The notes beneath the pieces were generated by a model. The model was not told the DNA's origin and searched no databases. It saw only the letters and a list, made by a program, of their open reading frames with translations. The position numbers were made by a program, and so were the translations under genes. Below, piece by piece: positions 54,276 through 64,000 of a stretch of 64,000 nucleotides of DNA. The first letter of the stretch is position 1; every line of letters begins with the position of its first letter. Source of the DNA: the human T2T-CHM13v2.0 reference genome, Homo sapiens; the NCBI RefSeq assembly GCF_009914755.1, contig NC_060945.1; one strand, written 5' to 3'.

Positions 54276-56374
54276 GTAGACGAGCAGGCTGGTTCTGCAG
54301 AAAGAATCATGGATCTGAAATTTTGGGAACAATTACTGAAAAGTGAATTGGAGGAGTTCACCTGTGTGGAGAGTGGAGACAGGGAAAATAATTAAGGACT
54401 CAACCAAGCCCAATTCTGAAAGCTGTCAGGCTGCTGAGAATCGAGAGGTCCTTTCAGCCAGCCCACAGTGCGGCCTTCAGAGCTGCAGTGGCACTTCGAA
54501 GACAAACACCCACTGACCTTTTCATCAAAGAGAGGGGCTGCAGAGGTGACACGCAGGCTCTGCAGGCCAGGCAGCCAGTCCTCATCGGCAGGACAGGCTT
54601 GGGCATTTAATTGGGCTGAAAGGAACTATGAGTTATAAAATGACCTTTCCATCCATACATAGGGAATAATTTAAGCCTTAAGAATAGGAGCGGCTTCAGT
54701 TATGTTCGTAGCACTTGGAATTAGAAGGTGTGACAAGACAGAGATCCGTAGGAGCATCACGAATGGATTTTACCTGTCCCTGTATGTCTCCCATATTCTT
54801 CCTTTCTCTCCTGTTGGCTGGTGCCTTTTGGAAGAGTCACTTCACCTAGGTGTGAAGATGGGATGGAAGGTTGCATGCATAAAACCCAAATTATTTCAGA
54901 TTAGAGGGAGACATAGAGGGTAAAGGAAAGAGAGAGAGAGAGAGAAAGAAAATACAAGTTATGCATACCAGGTTCTCAATAACTTCAAGAAATAAAAAAA
55001 CATACACACCTACTATACAGAGTGGCTAATTAAGAGTGACCAGTAGTGTGGAGAAGATATGGGGTATGATGTAGAGGCATAATGATGTTTGTGCAATATT
55101 AGTTGCTAAAATCCTGGAAGACCATAGCCAAATATTTCTGTTAATTATTATTTTTTCTTCAGAAAGGCAGTAAAACCCAATTATCTAGGTTTAAAACAGG
55201 TGTGTTTTGTGGGAAGATTTTTTAACATTTTAGAAAACTGGACTAAAATTTGACAGCCGATTTTAAAATACCCTTTTTTCTCATTTTCAAAAGAGAAAAT
55301 TCTTACCTGTTGGCATGGGAAAGAGAATTTAATTTCACAGAACAAAAGAGCTTTCTTTCCTACAGCAACATTCACACTTAGTGACCGCTGGGTATTTATT
55401 TATTCAGAAGTGGTTTCAGGTGCCGACTCAGTGCTGGGCATCATGCCAGGCATGGCAATGAAAAAATAAGCGGGGTGATGTGGCCTGGCCTCTCCCTCTC
55501 TCAAGAGGCTTAAAGTCCAGAAGGTGGGAGACAAGGCTTGAGTAAACAAGCACACATACTCATGCATCCTTACAACAAGTACATCCTTCCAGGAGGGGTT
55601 TAAAGAATTAGGCTGCATGTCCATATCTGTGGATAGAACCTGCATAGCCTCCCGGCTCGGGGCCACATCACATCCAGTGGTTGGCAGCAGGCTAGAGTCT
55701 GCAGGAAGATTCAAGCTCAGGGCAGCAGGGAAGGAGGTGAGGAGTCAAAGACAGGAGCCCCTGGGTTCACCCATCGGGCCAGGGATGCTGAGGCTCCCCA
55801 TGTAGACACCCAGAGTGTATAGTTGGCATCGGGCTGGGAAGCAGTGAAGGTAGAAGAAGGGAGCCTCGCCATGAAGGCCAGGCTGTGCAGTCTCCGTTCC
55901 AAGGAGGATGACCACCTTCTTCATCTGTGCTGGATTAAAACAGCGCTATGTCTGCAAAGGCAAGGAAATGAAGCAGAAGGTAGGTTCTTTTTCAAAGTCC
56001 CCCACACCTCCAGAAACTACACACAAATGATGCATTTGGTATGCAAGTCTGATGAAAAGCCCTAGGTCATTAATATATAGTGTCCCTATAAATAATCTCA
56101 AAGACAGCTTGGGCCAACTCTGCCCCTTCAGGCAGGATCATGCTTCTAAGAAGATGAAAATAATCTGTCCTTATTATATATATACATTTCCATAAATTAT
56201 AGAACCACATGTCTGTATTTTAATTCAGCCAGGCTGAAGTTTTCCCCAAGATCTAATATACGAAGCTGTAGATCTAATTCTTCTGAAGTTCCTTCAAAAT
56301 TTATTTCCCAGCTCAATATATTTCATGTAGATATTTTTGCTTAGGTTGGCAGATGCAAGGCTTGAATACTTGTA

Positions 56375-56490
56375 TATTACCAGTGGAGAAAATCAGACAC
56401 TGAGCAATGGAACAACTTCGCCAAGGTCATACAGAAAATGATTTCTCACATCTAGGATCCAAGTTCTAAGCTTCTGGTTCAGAACCCCAT
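56375..56490 (-). mobile_element. MIR fragment
   Basis: aacttcgccaaggtcatacag MIR core. Confidence 0.5.
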
Positions 56491-57177
56491 TGGTCACGTA
56501 AGAGTGTTTGGCTAACCTGAGAAAAGTCGAATGATGGGGCACGTTGAAGCTATTGACATACATGTGTAAAAGTAAACCACAGCCAAGCGGGCCTGAAAAG
56601 GAGGTGGAAAGGGAGAGAGTATCACTGTGTCAAGCAGCACGTCTCAAACCTGACTGCTCATCGGAACCACAGGAAAAGGTTGAAAGATTGCTCATTGACT
56701 GTCCTTGTCCCTGGATATGCTATGAAGAGGTCCAGCTAGTCTTTGGCGTTCTTGATCTGGTAACTGGTCTTATTGGGGTAGTACTGTCCCACGAGGATGA
56801 ATGGGAGGAGATGTCGTCCCAGGGCCCATCTGTGGGAGAGGATGCAATGTGTGTTCAGGCTGGGGTGCCTCTTGACAGCTAGCATGCTTGCATTTGAGAC
56901 CTGGTGGGTTGCACACTCAGACCTGTCTTGTGTCACTGGCGAGCACCGATTTCCCAGGGCAGCTTGACCCTCCCTTTGTAGCAATACTGAACGTTCATTT
57001 TGTGTTCTCTATAACAGGACAACTCCACGACTCATTAACAGGAGATAGTTATTTTGCTAAAGATATCCTGGGGAAATAAGTAGGATGAAATTGCATACCA
57101 CAAGGCCTTGAGAAAAATCCCCCTTAAGGTAATTCTATCCTTTCCCTGAAATTTCTCTGTGTGCTTGTGATGGCGTC

Positions 57178-57567
57178 TGTGTTCGTTTCCTGTGGCTACC
57201 AGAATCAAGTACCAAGACTGCGTGGCTTAAGCAACCAAAATGTATCCCCTGGCAGTTCTGGAGGCTGAAAGTGTGAGGTCAAGGGGCAGCACGGTTGGTT
57301 CCTCTGAGACCTCTCTCCTTTGCTTGTAGATGCCATCTTCTCCCTGTATCCTCACAGCGTTGTCCCTCTGCGAGTGCCTGTGCCCTAATCTATTCTTCTT
57401 ATAAGGACACCAGTCCTATTGGATTCGGGCCCACCCTAGTGACCTTGTTTTAACTTAATCACCTCTTTAAAGACCTTTTCTCCAAATAAGGTCACATTTT
57501 GAGATATTGAGGGTTAGGACTTGAATGTATGAATTCTGGAGGAAGGCAATCAGCTCAGACCATAACC
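57178..57567 (-). mobile_element. MLT1B-like LTR
   Basis: cttataaggacaccagtcctattggattcgggcccaccct...tccaaataaggtcacatt. Confidence 0.85.
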
Positions 57568-59305
57568 CATTCTCCCCAATAGTCTTCATAGTCCCTTGGT
57601 TGGTCCCAAAGAATTGCTGAGTCTACCCAGCAAAGCCTCAGCCCAGCCCTGCACCTCCAATCCTGCCCCTCTACTTGGAGCCTCAGCACTAACTGCTGTG
57701 CTGCCAACCTCAGGCTGCTGCAGCCCTTGATGTGTCTTTGTGTTGTTAGAAAATGCAGGTCTGCTCCAGAGCCAGCCAGCAGAGCACAGGCTGATTCTCC
57801 ACATGCCCTCTGCACAGCCTGGAGGACCACAGCAGGGACCCCATGGAGGCTCACACTGGGAGACCCCTTCTACACCTCCAGGCTGTGGGGGTCCAGCCCC
57901 CAACAGGGCAGGAGGCCCCTGGGGAGGGTGTGGTTTTTGCCCCTGAGAAATCACAGGTGTCTCCTAGTATAGATAAGCAAGCACCCTTCTTCCAATCTGT
58001 CAATCTGTCCTACATCGCAGATGACACTATGGCTCCAGTTCCTCACCCTGCCCTCCTCCTCCTTCTCTCCCACTACTAACCACCTGGGCAACCCTAAAGG
58101 CATCCCACGTCGGCCTTCCCAAGCGTGGCATTGGGGGCAAGGAGGAGGAGGGGAGTGAGAGAAGGAGGATGCTGTCTTCATTAGTTTGCAAATGATTTGT
58201 GTGGTCAGGATATGTAAATAAATAATTTATATACATATAAAAGAAACGAATATAACACACATATTTTATATAATATATATATAATGTTCATTTCTGTCGC
58301 TCTGTGAAATATAGGTTATTTTATAATAACTCATGTATGAGACTCTGTCTTGCTGGCTGGTGTTCCCACGCTGTGGGCGAGGGTGCTGACCAGCTGGTGC
58401 TCCTGGCCAAGGCCTCTGAGGGCAGCCTGTGCTCGCCGGTGCCCATTTGGGGGCGCATGGCCTTCTGCTTGCTGTCCAAGGTGGACCTGAGGATGTGGTC
58501 GCATCGGTGACCTGGGCATGTAAGGAGGGCAGTCCAGGTCAGAGGGCGTGGGGCTGCTGAGCTGAGGAGAGAGGGTTGATGGGCTGGAGTCTGGTGGCCT
58601 GCTCTGCACAGGGAGACGAGGGGTGCTGGGGACGGGTGGCAAGACGCTTCAATCTTCTCGCCAGACCCGCTCAGTCCTGTACCGGGACTGGCAGAGTAAC
58701 AGATGTGAATGTGCCTTCAGTCTGCACAACGCTTTTTTGGGACAGTTGAGGGCCCACTCTGATGCCTTGAAGACTCTTCAGAGCCTCACGATGTTGGGAC
58801 TGAACAAAGGATGGAACCTCTTCCCGGAAAAGCTGAACAGGACTAAGGCAAGGAGACCTTCAACCAGGCCAGGGCCAATGCCCAGGCTCCTTCCTGGCCC
58901 CACTGTGGTTGTGAGGAGGGCACATCAGCAAGGCTGCTGGAGCCGCTCGCCTCCTTTGTTGAGGTCGTGGGGACCCATTCCCATGTCCCAGTCCATCTAC
59001 TCTTATCCTTCCAGCTCAGGGTACAAGCAGGGCGACAGATATGGGATAGGGGAGACACAGCAGAGATATTAAAGTCCTTGGGCTGAGTTTTGTGTTATAA
59101 AGGGCAAGGGAAACACAGCTCCTGGGAAAACCTGAAAGTGCGTGAGCGGGCACGCAGGTATTTTCAGAGCTCCTCTTCCCTTAGAAAAACAATCCTTCCC
59201 ATTGACATTTGAAAGGTATTTTACATGCATGTAAATCTTGCACTCATTGAAAAACGCACAATGGCATCCCTGTGATGATCTTTGAAACTTTAGCTTTTAC
59301 TTTTT

Positions 59306-59364
59306 TCTTTTTTTTTTTTTTTAAAAGAGACAGGGTCTCGTTCTGCTGCCCAGGCTGGAGTGTA
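59306..59364 (-). mobile_element. Severely 5'-truncated Alu just upstream of the PCP4 promoter
   Basis: Poly(T)+gagacagggtctcgttctgctgcccaggctggagtgta; TSD ttacttttt (59297-59305 / 59365-59373). Confidence 0.85.
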
Positions 59365-59399
59365 TTACTTTTTAAAGAAATCGAGCATTTCCTTCCATC

Positions 59400-59580
59400 C
59401 TGGCGGAATTTGGAGCAGCGACCTAACGTGCCGTTCTCTTTTGCACCACTAGGTGGCCCCTGGTGCTCTCAGATGTCGGCCAGGCTTGCAGACAGGTGAA
59501 TGCATCTCATTGGCTCCAGGGAGGCATGATGCCACCGGGCAGCTCTTTTTAAGAGAAAAGCCAGAACCGGTGGAGCAGCG
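59400..59580 (+). promoter_or_regulatory. PCP4: PCP4 proximal promoter
   Basis: TATA-like TTTTTAAG 59546-59553, inverted CCAAT (ATTGG) 59509-59513, E-boxes CAGATG 59470-59475 and CAGGTG 59493-59498, CTCF-like CCACTAGGTGGCCC 59446-59459, locally retained CpGs. Confidence 0.7.
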
Positions 59581-59640
59581 ACCCCTGAGCAGTGTTCTCT
59601 GTGCTGAGCGGCGGGACTGAGCTGTTGAGTTAGAGCCAAC
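59580..59640 (+). other. PCP4: PCP4 exon 1 5'UTR (TSS approximate)
   Basis: gagcagtgttctctgtgctgagcggcgggactgagctgttgagttagagccaac recognised as the PCP4 5'UTR; starts ~30 bp after a TATA-like TTTTTAAG. Confidence 0.75.
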
Positions 59641-59649
59641 ATGAGTGAG
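59641..59649 (+). CDS. PCP4: First coding segment (Met-Ser-Glu) of Purkinje cell protein 4 / PEP-19; the rest of the CDS lies beyond the window
   Basis: ...gttagagccaacATGAGTGAG|gtgagt: good Kozak context (A at -3) and a consensus donor GTGAGT at 59650-59655. The UTR and MSE start match my recollection of the PCP4 mRNA (MSERQGAGATNGK...). Exon 2 sequence was not found in the window. Confidence 0.9.
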
Positions 59650-62600
59650 GTGAGTGATGCTTCGACCTGGAGAGGGAAACTTAGGAGTGAGAAGGGACCT
59701 CGGCTGAAGGATTAGTCTCAGGAAATGTGAGGGACTTAGCAGTGCTGAGGAACAAATTAATCCTGTAATTATTTGCTTGGAGAACTGACAGGATTAATCT
59801 CTTGGTTTGAATGGTAAGTGCAGAAATTGGTTAAGTTTGCAACTTCTACAATTAGCCTGAGGAGGAGAAAGGTTTGCTTTCTGATTGAATGGTGACTTTG
59901 AAAAGTGCTTTGGGTTTTAGAGCTCAGAAGAGAAAGCCAAATGTTTTATTCTCTTACGAAGATGCGTGTCTTTGCATGATTCCCGCGGTGATACCTTTCA
60001 GAATGTGAGTGGGCAGGTGGTCATCTGGTGAATGCAAGCCATGGAAGGGAAGGGGACAAGGTGGGGAAAGGGCTGGCCGTTGGGTGGCATTTCATGGCTC
60101 AGTTGTACAAACTACCTCTGCAGTTAATCAGAGCACCAGGGAAAGAAATGCAAAAAGTAGTAGGAACTGGGAAACATCCGTGTGTATAGATCTGTGGCTC
60201 TAAGACCGGAGGCGGCCCCGGCAGAAGAAGAGCTACGATTTTGCAAATCCAAAGTCACTTCTCTAAACTTGTTTATACAGAATGTGTTTTACTGGGGCCA
60301 ACTGACAGCACGTTTGTTTTTCTAAAATCATCTTCTCCTTTTTTCTCATCTATGAAGCAGATTAGCGGTGGTACAACACCATTCTCTAATTCAACTCAAT
60401 AACCGAGCCAAATGCATCTTCATTTCCTCTTGGTTGGCACTTAAATAATTACTTTTAAAGATCTTTTATCTTCTCTGTCTCTTTTTGACAGATGGATGAT
60501 TCTTTTCTTGGAAGTCTAGGATAAAATTAACAACTTCAGAAATAAAATGCCTCCTCCCTGCTTTTATCTCTCTGATGGGTGATTTTTGATGTAAACATGA
60601 CAAGAAGAAGAGCAAAGCACTATAAAACTTAGAAATGGGGTTTAGGACAAAGCCAGGGGTTTGAGGCAGGGAGAGACCAACTGTGGGGTGGAAGATGGGA
60701 ATTCTCCCACCACCACAATCAATGGTACCTGTAACAGCAGCTAACACTTGCCTAATGGTCTGTGTGCCGACAGTGTCAGGCTGTCTCTGCATCTGTCACC
60801 TTCTTTGAACCTCTCAACAACTCCGTGCAGTGGGCACCATTATTATTCCCAATTGACAGATGAGGACACTGAGGCACAGAGATGGGAACTAAGTGGTTTG
60901 AGGTCACCAGCTAAAGAACAGTAGAGCCAAGACTTGGGCTGCAATGCTGGGTGGTTGACTGCCGGGTGAATCTTGATGTCTAAATGTGTATGGAATTTGC
61001 TGAACAGAGGGGATGGCAGAGGTTGGAGGAGGAGAGGGGAGGTGAAGAGAAAGAAAGAAAGGAGCTGGGGCTCTGAAATAGAGATGGAATGATGAGGATG
61101 AGACCTCCATTTCCCACATGCTAGGAGGAGGGGCTTTCTGCTGGACTCTACAGATATTTCAGAAGCTTCTGTGTCCACATCAGCTCACCTTGCTTGCAAC
61201 AAGAAGGGATGGCTGCGTGGAGTGGTTTTTCTTTATATACAACTTATCCAATAAGAGTTTCCTATAGAAGAAGGACTTAGAAAGCAGCACAGCACTGAGG
61301 GGTGGCCTCTCGGGTCAAGTCAGCTACCCTGGGATTCTGGCTCAGTCATGCCGTCACTTGCTGAGGCTTCTGGCCAGCAAGGTGCTCATGAGCTCTCCAG
61401 GATGCTCAGCTCTGCTGGGCTCACTCAACTGTGCGGGTCTCCAGGGAGAAAGCGCGTGTTCCAGAGCTCACCTGTGATTAGGGTCACAGCCTGGTTCCTG
61501 CTGAACGGGTAATCAGGGCAGCTCTGTAGTCACCGCCCCGCCATGGCGCTTATCAGACACATTTGCAGGTTCTTGCAGGAGCTCTTGCCTTAGTTCCTTT
61601 AATGTGGATAAAAGCACACAAGGGGCACATCCCACTTTTCTGCCTCCCCTTGCTGCTCACAAAACCCCTCCCAGCTCTCTGCTCCTCATCCTCCCTCCTG
61701 CCCTCTTCTCCCCCTCACATCACATGAGGCCTCCTCCCTCTGACCATCAGCATGGCCACTGCTCCTGGCTGATCTCCAAGTTCCTGGGCATGTGCTCCTT
61801 GGAGAGCAGGAATTTGTCCTTTGACTAAACCTCAAATCTGCTTAAAATCTTTAGTAAAGTGCAACAGAAGCTCCTTTCTGGGTAGAGAACTCGATTCCCC
61901 CTTCATGGCACCCCTCAAGGGGTTTCTTTGGTTGGATGAATTAAATGTGGCTCCTAGTTTTAATAACTCTCAGGCAGAAATGGCTTTCAGATCATCATTT
62001 ACTTGCATGTGTGACTAATTACCAAAGAAAGCCAGAGCAATGGATTTTGCCAGACTTTCCTTGACCTTAGGATTGATTGGGGTCTGGTGGGCCAATAGTG
62101 CCTGCTGCAGTGCCAGGGCTGAGTGCCTGCTGCAGAGGCTCCGGAGCTCATTAGCTGCTTACCCAGGCCAGTGGGCAAGCCTGCTGGCTGGAGAGGACCC
62201 CAAAGTGTCATATACTCCCCGGGGCCTGCTCTGCACTTCCAGGCCTCCCCGCCTTTAAGGGAAAGGTGGAGTGGCAAAGGGAGCCTCGAACTGGCTTTAA
62301 ACTGGGCAGCTTTACAACAAGACGTCTTCTTTATTTCCTGTAACAACACTTTTTAGGGGAAATGACATGTGATAGAAAAGAACAGCTCAGGAAAGTAAAG
62401 TACAACGAGGAAAGTAAAGTCCAAATTTAGGGTAATGTGAGAGAGAGGAGGTGGTTTGTGGGGGTGTCTGATTTACATTTTGGTATTAAAATATGTCAGA
62501 TGTGCCTGGAGCAATCTATGAGATGAATTGGAAGAGAATGTAGCAGGGATCAGAATGCAGGCTTAAGTCTATCAGCTGGATCAGAAATCTTAACCATCAC

Positions 62601-64000
62601 AGCCTCAGTTTACAAGGTGCATTCTTTCTCCCTCATCGTACTCACCCAGGCACAAGAAAAATGACTACCTTTGTTCAGCCACTTCATAGAGCTTTTGAAA
62701 AAAGAGTTCCTGGAATAATGACAGTCAGTCCCACGTTCTCCTTTAGGTGTCTATTTTTAAGTTGCTTTTCAAAAGAACTCATTTAGGAGAGCTAGGGGCA
62801 AGGTTGGAAGGCATAAGGACAAACATCTGAGCGTGAATTTAAAAACGTGACGCCCTTGCCCTGTTTAGGGTGCGGGTTGGAGACGTTCCAGGTCACGTAA
62901 TCAAATGACAGCTATTAATTGGACTTGAGACCCCTTTGGGAAAAGCCTCTTCGTAACCCCGAGTTTCACGGTCATGGGCTGGGCTTTTTTCTTGCTTTGG
63001 CGTGGATGGGAAAGTGCAACTCAGTACAAGGGCTGTGGCTCTTTCTTTCGTCTAGACATTGGCCGCAGGGCAAGGCGATGCCCATCAAAGGCATGGTTTG
63101 AAAAACATCAAGGACATTTAAGGGTAAATCTTTAGATACACATGTCTGTTCTTAGCACCCAAACAGAATCCATGTCGAACTTAATGTATACGTTAAAACG
63201 TACAATAATCTCTAAAGGAAGAAGAAAGCTGTAAATGGCATTTTTCTTGACAGAGATTGCAAACGGGAGGCTACATGCAGTTAACTCGTGAGGTGAGGAC
63301 ATAGAAAAAACATGAATTAAAAAAATGTTTTGCCACTGATTTTAAAATATCATACATACAACAGTGGTTTGGGGCTTACATAGTTGACTCTCACGATTGC
63401 CCAGTGGAGGGACTAAGGTTAAAACGAAACAGATCCTAAGAAGAGAAAGATTATGGCTTTGAGCTTCTTACAACGTAAGGGTAAACTCAAACAGATGCTA
63501 ATGGGTGGCTGATTAGATTTGTAAGGAGCTGTATATTTTAGACCAGTTGTTAAGCACAGATTCTGAGGGTGACTGCATAAAATGTGGGTTTTGCAAATGG
63601 TCTGCAAAACCCAGCAACAAAGGTCAAATGACAATTCAACTTCTTATGTAATTATAACCCCATTTGAGGGTGTACCTGCAGCAAGGACTCTGACAGATCA
63701 AGCAAGATCAGTTTTAGTTTCGTTGGACAACACCATGAAAGATACTCTTTCCTCTAATTGGGGATATTAAGTCCACATAGTCACCAGTTACAATCTGGGT
63801 TTGAAGTTCAACTTTTCCTAATAGAAAGGGGTCAAAATTAAGCAGGAATATGTGTTTCCCAGGGCCGATGATTGTTAAGAGTTGCCATAAAACTTGTTTC
63901 CCCAGTCATGCATTCTATGAAGAAATGCTGTGGGGTTAAAAAGTCTCAGGTTTTCTCTTTTGAATTTTAAGAATGACACAATGCAAGATGTATATTTTTT
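59650..64000 (+). other. PCP4: PCP4 intron 1 (5' part, continues past window)
   Basis: Begins with a GTGAGT donor; no exon encoding the next PEP-19 residues is seen downstream. Confidence 0.8.
60740..60935 (-). mobile_element. MIR in PCP4 intron 1
   Basis: ttgaacctctcaacaac...acagatgaggacactgaggcacagaga...aggtcaccagct. Confidence 0.8.

Noticed and set aside
58623-59072. 149-aa ORF just upstream of PCP4
   Set aside because: Non-ATG start, no recognisable similarity, length compatible with chance in GC-rich DNA.

Overview
Primate (human-type) genomic DNA, almost entirely non-coding and repeat-rich. The only protein-coding sequence I can support is near the right end: a 5'UTR and a 9-nt first coding segment (ATG AGT GAG = Met-Ser-Glu, 59641-59649) followed by a GTGAGT splice donor. 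From memory this is exon 1 of PCP4 (PEP-19, chr21q22.2); 59650-64000 is intron 1, and the first ~59.5 kb is upstream intergenic DNA (probably the IGSF5-PCP4 interval). A compound CTAT repeat at 12004-12131 has the architecture of forensic STR D21S2055, which independently fits this locus. The upstream region holds many MaLR LTRs (MST, MLT1, THE1, including a two-LTR THE1 inside a MER20), ERV1 LTRs (MER34-like, MER67-like), an ERVL gag relic with an LTR16-type LTR, a 4.6-kb L1PB with an 18-bp TSD splitting an L2, Alus, MIRs and microsatellites. The ORFs in the track are repeat-derived or chance. I found no new gene system. The most notable unexplained structures are a higher-order minisatellite interrupted by an LTR that carries a forkhead-site palindrome, an apparently duplicated PCP4 core-promoter module with a CTCF-like site, and an inverted TAATCC pair in intron 1. 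Repeat subfamily names are recalled from consensus features, not from a search, and many boundaries are approximate.
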